DNA of 46,172 bases from Methanothrix sp. (GCA_040770465.1 JAXGJB010000019.1:1-46172); one strand, 5' to 3'. Shown: positions 25,218 to 34,890, counted from the first letter of the stretch. Notes: generated from the sequence alone by a model not told the origin. Numbers and translations: made by a program.

Positions 25218-28175
25218 TCAGGGCTCCGACTCTGCAAACGCGAGATTATACGCGAGTTCGCCCTCCAGCTCGCGGGAGATATTTTTCATGGTCTGGTTGA
25301 GATCTCCAGAGCTGAAAGCCGCGACGGAAGAGAAATTGCCGCCGGTCGCCTCTGAGATCTTCGTGAGGTTATGATACTGATTTTGTGACGCTTCGAAGCT
25401 CTCGTTGATCCCGATCCCTATTGTGAAGATCTTGCATCCCGATTCGTTCGCCTCGGATATGTAATCGTCCAGCTTCTCCCCCGGCTCGAACTCGCTGTAC
25501 CCCGTCAGGAAGATTATTATCTTCGACGAGTTGGGGGGCACAGTTGCAGGATCGTGCAACGCCGCAAGGGTGCCGTTGAGCCCCTGGTCGTAGCTGGTGA
25601 GATCCGTCTCGATGCACTTTTCGGAGAGGTTATCCAGGATCTCAGCGAGCCGGTCTTCGTTCCCTTGCAGGGGGGCAGGACCGAAGAGTAGCTCGCTCTC
25701 GTGGTCCCAGCTCACAATCGCGACGGTGGCGTTTTCGAAGGCGGACCATCCCGAGACGATATCTGCGCTCTCGTTTTCAGCTAGACGATAGTACTTTTTC
25801 ATGCTGCCGGAGGTGTCGAAGGCGAAGACGAGAACTGTGGTGTTGTTCGGTGGAGCTACATTCTTAATACCACAATCTATGGATTTGTTTCTATCGCCAG
25901 GTCCGATGATGATCGGATCTGTCATACCAGTTGAGTTCGCGTCGCTGTCAATTTTGTCATCGGAACCTTGATCCTGAGGGCTGAACTCGAATCCAGGAGG
26001 ATGTTCAAACTTGATGCGGTATTCTCCGATTGAGAGGTTCGTGAACAGGTAGCGACCTGAATCGTCGGTCAATGTGGTCTCAGACCCGGTCTCGTTGATC
26101 AGACTGACCAAAATGCCGGGAACACCATTCCCGTCCAAACCCTGTATACCATCGCCGTTCGAGTCTTTCCAGACCAGGTCTCCAATTGACCCCAGACCGT
26201 AGATCCCGCAGTCCACAGACAGGTTCGTATCACCTGATACGAGGTAAATCGGACCTGTAATCCCGGTAGACTGGTTCGCGTCGCTGTCGTTCTCGTCATC
26301 GGTCTTGTCCATCGGGCTGAACGTGAAATCCGAAGGCAACAAGAACTTGACACGGTACTTGCCACTTCGGAGGTTCGTGAACAGGTAGCTACCGTTGACG
26401 TCGGTTGATGTCGAATTGACCTCGGAATCGGTATCGTTCAGGAGCTTTACCTCTACCCCTGAAACTCCAGACTCGCCAGGGTCCTGGACCCCGTTGCCGT
26501 TCGAGTCGTTCCAGACGAAGTCTCCGATAGACCCAGGAGGAATGGGGACGATACCGCAATCGACGGACATGTTTCTATCGCCAGCTCCGATGATGACCGG
26601 ATCTGTCATACCAGTTGAGTTCGCGTCGCTGTCGTTCTCGTCATCGGTCTGATCCATCGGGCTGAACCAGAACCCTGACAGCAACTCGAACTTGACGCGG
26701 TATTCACCGCTTGAGAGGTTTGTGAATTCGTAGTAGCCGGTACCGTTGGTCGTTATGTTATCCTGCTCGGTCCCGATCGCGTCGGTCAGCTTTACTTCGA
26801 TACCAGCTGCACCATCCTCTCCTGGGTCCTGGATCCCGTTACCATTGGAGTCGAGCCAGACGAGGTCACCGATCGATCCAGGTGGAATGGGGACTATACC
26901 GCAATCGACAGACGAGTTCCTATCGCCAGGTCCGATGATGATCGGATCTGTCATACCAGTTGAGTCCGCGTCGCTGTCGTTCTCGTCATCGGTCTGATCC
27001 ATCGGGCTGAACCAGAACCCTGACAGCAACTCGAACTTGACGCGGTATTCACCGCTTTGAAGGTTCGTGAACAGGTAGCTACCGTTGATGTCGGTTGATG
27101 TGGAGTTGAGCTCGGAATCGGTATCGTTCAGCAGCTTTACCTCTACCCCTGAAACTCCAGACTCGTCAGGGTCCTGAATCCCGTCGCCGTTCGTGTCGTT
27201 CCATACAAGATCTCCGATCGATCCAGGAATGCTGAAGATACCGCAATCGATAGACATGTTCATATCGCCAGGTTCCAGGATGATCAGATTAGTCATCCTT
27301 GTCGACTGGTTGGCGTCGCTGTCAAGACCGTCGTCGTAGCCCTGGTTCTCGGGGCTGAAACTGTAGCCGGTCGGAAGATCGAAACCGACCGAATAGTTGC
27401 CTGGGACCAGGCCAGTGAAGATGTAGTTGCCTGCTTTATTCGTCGAAGTAGTCTTGTTCGACGATTCGGTCGAGTCGTAGAGGTGTACGGTGACGTTATA
27501 GACTCCAGGTTCTCCCAAGTCCTGGATGCCGTTGCCGTTCAAGTCGTTCCAGACATAATCACCCAATTTAAAAGTATTTTCTAAACAGAATATAGCTCTA
27601 GCCTCAGAATCGCTGAAAAAATTTCCGCCATGGTCATCAGATAAATATTTAAGATTTTTAAGATACTTGGAATCATTACCAAAGCCTATCGTAATTATCG
27701 TAATGTTTTTGTTAATTTCGTAATTGTAGGGGTAACCTTGTTTACCATCAGAGAAAACTACAATAATCTTTTTATCATTTTGGTTAGCTTTATCAAACAA
27801 TTTATTTGATAATCCAATTAGGTCTTTAATAGTTGTATCGTTTTCAACTGTAGAATGTTCTTTGATATAGTCTAATTCCAGATATACCTTTTCAAAATCT
27901 GAGTCAGAGGTTAGTTCCACTTTATGAGGAGCGGCATTATGAAGGTAATATACCAGCCCAATTTTGTCCTTACGGCTGTCCATCTGTTTCACGTAACATT
28001 TCGCTATTTCTGTACGATTGAATTCTGGATCCGACTCATCCATACTATCCGAATTATCTATCACCAAAACGATTGCTTTATCATCAGAACTAAATGATGG
28101 ATCACCCTGACCATTCGCCACTAGCATGATCAAAAACAGGGCAATCTCGATCCCCAGCATAAACTTTAGCCTCAT
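25218..28175 (-). CDS. Secreted adhesin-like protein: vWA, five SdrD-B-like domains, vWA (985 aa)
   Basis: Signal peptide; MIDAS IDNSDS; five (S)IGD-x-VW-x-D-x-NG-x-GIQ...DSDA...[IV]DCGI units; second MIDAS FDTSGS. Confidence 0.9.
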   Translation of the reverse strand: MRLKFMLGIEIALFLIMLVANGQGDPSFSSDDKAIVLVIDNSDSMDESDPEFNRTEIAKCYVKQMDSRKDKIGLVYYLHNAAPHKVELTSDSDFEKVYLELDYIKEHSTVENDTTIKDLIGLSNKLFDKANQNDKKIIVVFSDGKQGYPYNYEINKNITIITIGFGNDSKYLKNLKYLSDDHGGNFFSDSEARAIFCLENTFKLGDYVWNDLNGNGIQDLGEPGVYNVTVHLYDSTESSNKTTSTNKAGNYIFTGLVPGNYSVGFDLPTGYSFSPENQGYDDGLDSDANQSTRMTNLIILEPGDMNMSIDCGIFSIPGSIGDLVWNDTNGDGIQDPDESGVSGVEVKLLNDTDSELNSTSTDINGSYLFTNLQSGEYRVKFELLSGFWFSPMDQTDDENDSDADSTGMTDPIIIGPGDRNSSVDCGIVPIPPGSIGDLVWLDSNGNGIQDPGEDGAAGIEVKLTDAIGTEQDNITTNGTGYYEFTNLSSGEYRVKFELLSGFWFSPMDQTDDENDSDANSTGMTDPVIIGAGDRNMSVDCGIVPIPPGSIGDFVWNDSNGNGVQDPGESGVSGVEVKLLNDTDSEVNSTSTDVNGSYLFTNLRSGKYRVKFLLPSDFTFSPMDKTDDENDSDANQSTGITGPIYLVSGDTNLSVDCGIYGLGSIGDLVWKDSNGDGIQGLDGNGVPGILVSLINETGSETTLTDDSGRYLFTNLSIGEYRIKFEHPPGFEFSPQDQGSDDKIDSDANSTGMTDPIIIGPGDRNKSIDCGIKNVAPPNNTTVLVFAFDTSGSMKKYYRLAENESADIVSGWSAFENATVAIVSWDHESELLFGPAPLQGNEDRLAEILDNLSEKCIETDLTSYDQGLNGTLAALHDPATVPPNSSKIIIFLTGYSEFEPGEKLDDYISEANESGCKIFTIGIGINESFEASQNQYHNLTKISEATGGNFSSVAAFSSGDLNQTMKNISRELEGELAYNLAFAESEP
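25866..27570 (-). repeat. Intragenic array of about 345-bp SdrD-B repeats with near-identical DNA blocks
   Basis: The block at 26601 recurs at 26946 (+345); the block at 26371 recurs at 27061 (+690). Confidence 0.85.
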
Positions 28176-30490
28176 GATATCCCTCCCATCACCACGTCAC
28201 CTTCCTCCGTCCTCATGTTGATGACGTTGACCCCGGCAACACCATCACCCGTAGCCGTTATATTAACCCAACCCGGCCAGCCGGTAGCGCCGATCCCATC
28301 GGAGGCCTGCGCCTCGTTGACGGCGGCGAGGATCTTCAGGCTCCTCGACTCCCCCGCTCTCACGCCCCTCGCGATCCAGGTGAGGGTGGAGGTTCCGTCG
28401 GGGTTCTTCGCCATGTTGACGTCAGCGCCGGCAGGAACCGTCTCCTTCACCACCAGGTCGGCGGGAAGGGTCTCGATTACGACTATGTCCTTGGGAGCGC
28501 CCCCGCTCGAAGCGTGAGCCGACACATTTCGGAGGACATCCTTGAGGGTGACAGAGTCGAGACCGCCGACGTGGTAGAACCGGCCGCCCGTCATGTTCGC
28601 CAAATTGCTCAGGTTGTCGTACATGAGGGGCGACTCGATCTCGTTGATCGCGACGCCGATGGGGTATATCGCGTAACCCCTCCGCTTAAGCTCGGTTGCC
28701 AGGTCGCTGAGGTTCTCGCCGGGCCGGAACTCGTCGGGGCCGGTGATGAAGAGGACGATCTTACCATCTCCGCTGAAATGGTCGCCGAAGTCGTCATCGA
28801 CCTCCAGGACCCCCCGGAGCCCTGCCGCGTAGACCGTCTGGTCGCTCTCGCCGCAGAGTCCGGAGAGGTTCGCGATGGCGGCGAGGACATCCTCGCGGCT
28901 CTCCATCAAGGGCCGCGGCGGGACCATCAGCAGATCTGCGCCCGAGCCCGCGCCCCCGGCGCCGTCTTCGTCCCAGCCGATGATCGAGACGTTGCTGAAG
29001 TTCGCCTCCGCGAAGGCAGCCCGGTCCTCCGCGTCCATCCCCTCGTAGGGAAGCCTCATGCTCCCGGAGACATCGAAGGCGAGGAGAGCGTCGATCGCCG
29101 CATCGGGCCTCGAGACGGTGAGGTTGATCACGCCGGTGGGCTCGTCGGTGCCGTTCCAATAGGGGGTCGAGCCGAAGATGGCGTTCTGGACGATGTTTAT
29201 GTTGTTGACCTTTGAGGCGTCGTCGGACGGGGCTGAGGCGCATTCGGGGCAGGTGGCGCTTGAGCATTCGCAGACGATCTTCTTAGAGGGCTCTCCATCG
29301 GGGCCGGGGGATGGGGTGCAGTTGTAGTAAATAGATCCATTTCCGAAGATTAAATTTGTGCCAGTAATATTATAGCTGTCTCCAAAATAAATGTATTTAA
29401 CTTTTGTGATATTACAACTCTGGTTCTCCTCGCATGGTACGACCAATAACATTTTCTCTTCTATTGGTTCTTCAATTTTTATATTGTTTCCAGTTACGTT
29501 TTGCACTGTATAGCTCATTTTAGAATCAGGCACTCCAAGGGTGAAAATTCCATGATTTTCGGAGCTTACCTTGAATGTCTTAATCCATTTTTCTCCAATG
29601 TAGAAATAGTTTCTCGGACCGCTGGAGTCTTCCACCATAGGTTTCCATGTGAATTCTTTATTATTTCCCTCAATGTCGAAATCCTGGATTGAGTATGAGA
29701 GATTCGATGGGGTAAGGTATCTAATCGTAACATCTTCGCCAGCTAATCTCGTCATATTTCTGTAAATATTGACAAAGACATCTTCCACAGTTAAATTAAT
29801 TGCAGGATAATATAATCCGTCAGTTATATTTGCTATTTCTTTGAGAATGATTTCTCCTTTCTCATCTATAGAGAATCCCACAGTCCATATCTCTATTCCT
29901 TCTTCTTTGGCTCGGTTTGCCTGAGATTCCGGATCAATGGTTGGAATGTAGCGATCGATAGGTTCAGGCAAGCCATCTGACAGGAATATGATGCATTTCT
30001 TATTATTGCCATTATCTTTTTCGAACATATTGATGGACGCATTTAGCGCAGTATCGAAATTAGTGTCTCCGCTTGGAAGGACGCCTACTCCGGATATGTC
30101 TGCATCTAGTTTAGAGATTATATCATTAAAATTATTTGTTAAATCGACTGATCTTGAATCAATTATTGTTTCATTCCAGCAGATCAGCCCGGCTCTATCC
30201 CTAGCGGGATCTAGATAATTGATGAATTTTTTCGTAGCTTCAAGTCGCCCATTAGTTCTATCACTATCGTTAATGCTACCTGAGTAATCGATCGCGAAAA
30301 CCACGTCTAACGGTATCGGATCTCCCATGCCTTCCACGACAAGAATAACAGTACTTGAAGATCCCTCACAGATCAAAGGTAGAAAAATTTCATGTAATGT
30401 TATATTCATATAAGCCGCTGCGAGAGGCGCTCCAAGCATAAGAATTAAGAGGTAGATCGCGCTAATAATCGTATAGTATTTTGATTTCAT
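28172..30490 (-). CDS. Secreted protein with two vWA domains and a C-terminal DUF11-like beta domain (772 aa)
   Basis: Signal peptide; DVVFAIDYSGS and LSDG; FDVSGSM; Cys/Pro-rich linker; DIVVIETLP...LTW motif; ATGA overlap with the next gene. Confidence 0.88.
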   Translation of the reverse strand: MKSKYYTIISAIYLLILMLGAPLAAAYMNITLHEIFLPLICEGSSSTVILVVEGMGDPIPLDVVFAIDYSGSINDSDRTNGRLEATKKFINYLDPARDRAGLICWNETIIDSRSVDLTNNFNDIISKLDADISGVGVLPSGDTNFDTALNASINMFEKDNGNNKKCIIFLSDGLPEPIDRYIPTIDPESQANRAKEEGIEIWTVGFSIDEKGEIILKEIANITDGLYYPAINLTVEDVFVNIYRNMTRLAGEDVTIRYLTPSNLSYSIQDFDIEGNNKEFTWKPMVEDSSGPRNYFYIGEKWIKTFKVSSENHGIFTLGVPDSKMSYTVQNVTGNNIKIEEPIEEKMLLVVPCEENQSCNITKVKYIYFGDSYNITGTNLIFGNGSIYYNCTPSPGPDGEPSKKIVCECSSATCPECASAPSDDASKVNNINIVQNAIFGSTPYWNGTDEPTGVINLTVSRPDAAIDALLAFDVSGSMRLPYEGMDAEDRAAFAEANFSNVSIIGWDEDGAGGAGSGADLLMVPPRPLMESREDVLAAIANLSGLCGESDQTVYAAGLRGVLEVDDDFGDHFSGDGKIVLFITGPDEFRPGENLSDLATELKRRGYAIYPIGVAINEIESPLMYDNLSNLANMTGGRFYHVGGLDSVTLKDVLRNVSAHASSGGAPKDIVVIETLPADLVVKETVPAGADVNMAKNPDGTSTLTWIARGVRAGESRSLKILAAVNEAQASDGIGATGWPGWVNITATGDGVAGVNVINMRTEEGDVVMGGIS

Positions 30491-30533
30491 GCGAGTTACC
30501 CATCCATTTTAATGGCTTACCATAAACCTATTC

Positions 30534-31157
30534 TCAACATTCTCTCACATATCCGAAGTTTATGGTTGTATTTTTCGGGATATCTTTACTTAGAACAACC
30601 AATACTCCGTTATGATTTTTGCTATATATCTCAGCATCTTCATCTATAATTTTAGTCGGCCACCAATTACAACTATCTGGAGGTATCTTAATAATACGTT
30701 TATTTTCATAACTGTATTGATAATTGGGACCTTCTCCTGTTTTTACGGTGTATCTACCGTAAGGTACTTCAAATAAGTAGTGGCCCGTATCGTTGGAGTA
30801 GATGCTAAAGAGGAGTGTTTCAGTTTCGCCATCATAAAGTGAAACGTTAACCCCCTTAAGTCCTTCTTCACCACTTTCCATGATGCCATCCCCTTCTTCA
30901 ATTATATTATTCGGTGGAGTGTCATTCCAAACACATCCACTAATGGTGCCGTTAGGAATAATAAATCCGAAATCGGCTATATCGATATCCTCTCCATTGA
31001 TAGTGACATTAGTTGAGATATTAGAATTCATGCCCAATTCGTTTGAGCCTGAAGGCTGGGAAAAAGCAGGAAAAGCGACCAGCAGGATTGTCGTCATCAC
31101 AGCTGTGACGCATCTACATGCCATTGGCAGCCATCCTGCAAATTGACGAAATAGCAT
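30534..31157 (-). CDS. Secreted SdrD-B-like protein with an extra N-terminal strand segment (candidate cap subunit)
   Basis: Signal segment; NVTINGEDIDIADFGF precedes GTISGCVWND...G-x-Y-x-F; C-terminal NTTINFGY is also present. Confidence 0.75.
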   Translation of the reverse strand: MLFRQFAGWLPMACRCVTAVMTTILLVAFPAFSQPSGSNELGMNSNISTNVTINGEDIDIADFGFIIPNGTISGCVWNDTPPNNIIEEGDGIMESGEEGLKGVNVSLYDGETETLLFSIYSNDTGHYLFEVPYGRYTVKTGEGPNYQYSYENKRIIKIPPDSCNWWPTKIIDEDAEIYSKNHNGVLVVLSKDIPKNTTINFGYVREC

Positions 31158-31205
31158 TGCGCAAATTTGGACCTCACGTCAAGGACTTGTACTCTTGAGT
31201 TGCGA

Positions 31206-31249
31206 GTGATGATGGGTTAAGCACAGGCCAACCCATCAAAATTCATCAC
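31206..31249 (-). terminator. Intergenic stem-loop after the 154-aa gene (terminator or mRNA stabiliser)
   Basis: TGATGGGTT-N11-AACCCATCA at 31210-31238 with a possible GTGA/TCAC extension. Confidence 0.45.
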
Positions 31250-31275
31250 CCATATCCATTAGAGTCTTTCCTCAA

Positions 31276-31740
31276 CTACGGTGCTGGTATACCATCACTA
31301 TCTATATCGTCTGCCCCGGCATTGGGTGTCGTATTAATCATATCCTTCAACGCTGGCTGATCCATTGGTATCTTTACTTCATAAGTACCATTGGTAAGTC
31401 CATCAAATATGTAGTTTCCCTTTTTCCTATCTTGACTATCATTTGTGGTGGTGGTGCTGATAGGCTCATCTCCTTGCCAGAGTTCAACTCGCACGCCAGG
31501 AATTCCCAGCTCGCCATCGTCCTGAATCCCATTCTTGTTTGAGTCCTCCCAGACCCAATCACCTATCGAGAAAGTTTGAATTGGCCGCACATAAAACCCA
31601 AAGTCAATTGTAAAGTTATCTGCGCCATCAACAATAGCAGTAGCATTAACGGCTCCACCAAGCTGCTGGGCAAATACCGTCTCCGCGCCAAGGCAGAGCA
31701 CCGCTGCGGCCAATAAGAGATAAATGCGCTTCATCCTCAT
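31276..31740 (-). CDS. Secreted permuted single SdrD-B-like domain (candidate major pilin)
   Basis: Signal peptide; DNFTIDFGFY precedes SIGDWVWEDSNKNGIQD; ends at DIDSDGIPAP. GAGGAGG RBS; start 31740 or 31734. Confidence 0.8.
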   Translation of the reverse strand: MRMKRIYLLLAAAVLCLGAETVFAQQLGGAVNATAIVDGADNFTIDFGFYVRPIQTFSIGDWVWEDSNKNGIQDDGELGIPGVRVELWQGDEPISTTTTNDSQDRKKGNYIFDGLTNGTYEVKIPMDQPALKDMINTTPNAGADDIDSDGIPAP

Positions 31741-31826
31741 CCTCCTCGTACCCTAGCTTCCAGATTAAATTTTCATGTTCACTTCTTGTTTTATTAATCT
31801 TTGCGTTGTCGTCATATTCATAGCGC

Positions 31827-33044
31827 TTAAGACCGCTCTCCCAAATAGCTCTCTGACATCACCAGGCGACCGAGCCGATCATTCCCATTCACAAGAATGC
31901 CGTCGCTATCTATAGAATCGTTGCTGCCTACGTTCGGCTCCGTCGGCCACCATTGAGTCCCATCGTCCCGTTCTGGGAGGGTTGAAATGTCCACACATAC
32001 ATAGAAATAGCCAGAGTATAGCCCATCGAAAAGGTAACTACCATTGCCATCGGTTTCGCAGGTTTCGATCAGTCTGCCCCCCGAATCGAAAAGTAAGACC
32101 TCCACGCCGGGAATTCCCGAATCATTTCCGTCGTCCTGAATGCCATTCTCGTTCAGATCCCACCACACAAAATCTCCGATCGCACCGGTGCCTGGAGGTA
32201 CGGCTACGTACCCGAAGAGCCGCGGTGGATCCGACGGGATCGACACGTCAAAGTATACCCTGTCTGAAGCGTCATAGACGGGAAGGCTCAGCTGATCCTC
32301 GAAGACGTTCCCGTTCGCGTTGTAGAACCTGACCTGACCGCGAGCGAGGGGAGACCAGACTGCGAAGTCGGGGCCGGGATGGAGGAGGCCGACCCCCGCT
32401 CCCCGATCGGGATCTGAGCTGTTTACCATCGTTCCCGGAGGAAGACCGTATGCCCAGGTGAGCCTTACGTCGCCGACCGCCACCTTGGAGATCGGGGGGA
32501 CCGACTTGACGTACACCGAGTCGTTTCGGTCGTAGGCGCCTGCGACGTCCCCAAAGTCTCCGTATACGAGCCTCGGGTAGGGGGGGCTGAAGGCCCAAAG
32601 GTCGAGGCCGAGGTCCTCGTCGGTAGGACCGACCCTGGACCCCACCCGGCCGTAGGTGGAGTTTGTGAGCCTTATGTCCGCGATCTTTACGGGACCCTGG
32701 CCTACGTGAAGGTAGAGGGGGTCCTCAACATCGTAAATCCCTCTGACGCCCCCCACATCGAGATACATCACCTTCACCGGGAGCTGCTCGCCCTCCGGAA
32801 CTGAGGTGAAGTCCTCGACTATCAGAGTCTTCTCCGGGCTTCCTGGATGCTCAATCGACCCGAACTCAAACTGCGCCGAGGCTGAGGCTATGAGGAGGAG
32901 AAATGCGAATTTCGTCAGCCTCAAGCTCTCGTCTCTCAAATAGACCAACGCTCCTCTCGTCTCCTTAACCATAACGATCCGCCGACTTTTCGAGGGTCCT
33001 GAGGTTCCAATCGCCCTCCTCAAACCGGATGGCTCACTCTTCAT
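31827..33044 (-). CDS. Secreted fusion of a three-fold repeat domain and an incomplete SdrD-B-like domain (candidate adaptor)
   Basis: DIRLT...GSRV...D-x-D-x-G repeats, then AIGDFVWWDLNENGIQD...SIDSDG with no terminal IDxG motif. Real start probably 32972 or later. Confidence 0.8.
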   Translation of the reverse strand: MKSEPSGLRRAIGTSGPSKSRRIVMVKETRGALVYLRDESLRLTKFAFLLLIASASAQFEFGSIEHPGSPEKTLIVEDFTSVPEGEQLPVKVMYLDVGGVRGIYDVEDPLYLHVGQGPVKIADIRLTNSTYGRVGSRVGPTDEDLGLDLWAFSPPYPRLVYGDFGDVAGAYDRNDSVYVKSVPPISKVAVGDVRLTWAYGLPPGTMVNSSDPDRGAGVGLLHPGPDFAVWSPLARGQVRFYNANGNVFEDQLSLPVYDASDRVYFDVSIPSDPPRLFGYVAVPPGTGAIGDFVWWDLNENGIQDDGNDSGIPGVEVLLFDSGGRLIETCETDGNGSYLFDGLYSGYFYVCVDISTLPERDDGTQWWPTEPNVGSNDSIDSDGILVNGNDRLGRLVMSESYLGERS

Positions 33045-33277
33045 GTCATGACGTGCTCATAAAATATAACTCTGTCTGCCGAAGTTTTCCAGGTTGGCAC
33101 CTCCAGTGCTCCGACAATATTTCGTCTGGCAAAGGCCAATTTACATCCCATATCCCATCAGCCTTCTAGCCAGACTAATCTTCCTTCCTGAAGATGGATT
33201 GAGATGCTGAGGCTGAGGAGTGGCTGAAGAGGCGAAGTGAGACGTAAAAATGTAGAGCGCCAGATGGCGATGGCGCT

Positions 33278-34093
33278 CTAAATGCTGAGGCGGATGGCGT
33301 TTGGCGTTATGTAGCCGATGCTTCTGGGGTAGGCAGAGGGGCTCGACAGGTCAAAATATACGTCATCGGGCTCGTCGTAGATCGGCGGGCTCGACTGAGT
33401 CTTCACGGGAGCCCCCGGATCGATATATAAGTTCCCGTTTTCGTTGAAGAACCTGAGCTTACCCCTGGCTCCAGGATACCAGACGTCAAAGCTCGGACCC
33501 GGATGCAGTACTGAACAGACCAGGCCGTAATCTGATGCTCCCTCCTGAACAAAGGTGGCCGGATCTCCGTGGATGGAGCTGAGCCTGACATCTCCAGTCC
33601 CCAAAATCCCGACCGGAGAAGCGGTCTTTATGTAGACCGAGTCGTTGATGTCAAACTGGCCAGTAATCCCAACCAGCTCATCAGTGAAGACGATCCGCGG
33701 CAGCCCTCGCGGAAATTGCGTTAGATCCATTTCAAGGTCGCCGTCGCCTGCCTTCACCTTAGAGCCCGGCGGACCGAAGGTCGAATTTGTGAGCCTTATG
33801 TCGTTTACACCGACTTCGGTCCCAGTCAGGACTTCGCCGATGTGAAGATAGAGAACGTCACCCTCGTCGAAGATATTCAGGTTGGACCCCATCATGTCCC
33901 AGTACCCCATCTGTACCGGAGTCTGCACGAACGGCTTTGAAGACGGAAGGTTATCGGCGAAATCCTCCACGATGATGTTGGCCTCACTGCTGCTGTTTGT
34001 CACCCTGAACCCGAACTCGTCATCTCCCATCCCTACTAAGCCAAGGGTCAAGATTAAGCCCGCAAAGATGCAGGCCGTAATTGGCCTCTTCAT
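33278..34093 (-). CDS. Secreted three-fold repeat family protein
   Basis: AGGAGG RBS before ATG 34093; signal peptide; NDIRLT/GDVRLS/NAIRLS repeats. Confidence 0.8.
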   Translation of the reverse strand: MKRPITACIFAGLILTLGLVGMGDDEFGFRVTNSSSEANIIVEDFADNLPSSKPFVQTPVQMGYWDMMGSNLNIFDEGDVLYLHIGEVLTGTEVGVNDIRLTNSTFGPPGSKVKAGDGDLEMDLTQFPRGLPRIVFTDELVGITGQFDINDSVYIKTASPVGILGTGDVRLSSIHGDPATFVQEGASDYGLVCSVLHPGPSFDVWYPGARGKLRFFNENGNLYIDPGAPVKTQSSPPIYDEPDDVYFDLSSPSAYPRSIGYITPNAIRLSI

Positions 34094-34131
34094 TCTCCCC
34101 TCCTGATATCTTAAGACATTACGACAGAGTC

Positions 34132-34890
34132 TCATGCGGTGAGTCGCACGTTGTTTGGAACCACAAACCCGAAAGGATAACCACCCATCAGAACGCTTGG
34201 CAGAGAGAGGTCTATGTATACGTCGTCGCTGTAGTCATAAATTGGCACACCCATCCCATCAACGTTTCCGTTGCCGTTGAAGAACCTCAGAGTGGCCATC
34301 GGTCCGGCCGCAGATAATGGAACTATCATCGGAATAACCGGATCATCGTTGTCTGGATGGTAATCGAGGACCTTTGTTCCAGGTGCAAGACCTCCAACGC
34401 GAACCAGCCGGACATCGTTGGTGGTGGTCCTGGCACCTACTGGGGCAGAGTTCGTCACCAGTAGATAAACCGGATCCGCCAAGTCGTAACCCTGGCTGCC
34501 ATAGTGGTCTGCGTAATAAATGCCAGCCAGCTGACCAGGCAGATCTTCCAGGGGCTTGTTTATGTCGTTGTCTGCGGACGTGACTTTGGTCCCCGCAAGA
34601 TACGAGTAATAGTCGGTGAGCCGTATGTCGTTGGCTTCGATGAGGTTGTCCCCATCCATGTCCAGATATATGACGTCCTCGTCATCGTAGATACCGGGAT
34701 TTCCGATATCCCAGTAACCGAAGTCTGGATTCAGCGTCAACGGAAAATCCACGAGAAAACGTCCCACGTCGGCGTCCCCGGCCATTACCTTGGATCCGAA
34801 CTGCCCCAAACTACCGTTGAGGCTCAGGGCCATAACCAGTGCTGTGATCATACAAGCTTTCTTCATTCCCATCAAATTAACCCCCTTCAT
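34132..34890 (-). CDS. Secreted three-fold repeat family protein
   Basis: Signal peptide; FGSKV, NDIRLT, NDVRLV, NNVRLT. Start may be 34872 or 34866. Confidence 0.82.
   Translation of the reverse strand: MKGVNLMGMKKACMITALVMALSLNGSLGQFGSKVMAGDADVGRFLVDFPLTLNPDFGYWDIGNPGIYDDEDVIYLDMDGDNLIEANDIRLTDYYSYLAGTKVTSADNDINKPLEDLPGQLAGIYYADHYGSQGYDLADPVYLLVTNSAPVGARTTTNDVRLVRVGGLAPGTKVLDYHPDNDDPVIPMIVPLSAAGPMATLRFFNGNGNVDGMGVPIYDYSDDVYIDLSLPSVLMGGYPFGFVVPNNVRLTA

Noticed and set aside
25866-27570. Possible CRISPR array or DGR template/variable repeat pair
   Set aside because: The repeats are in-frame 345-bp protein domains without unique spacers; differences are not adenine-specific and no reverse transcriptase or cas gene is present.
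31276-31740. Interpreting the 154-aa SdrD-B ORF as a truncated pseudogene
   Set aside because: It has an intact signal peptide, strong RBS, promoter-like element, and precisely the missing C-terminal segment at its N-terminus. Decay is less parsimonious, though not excluded.
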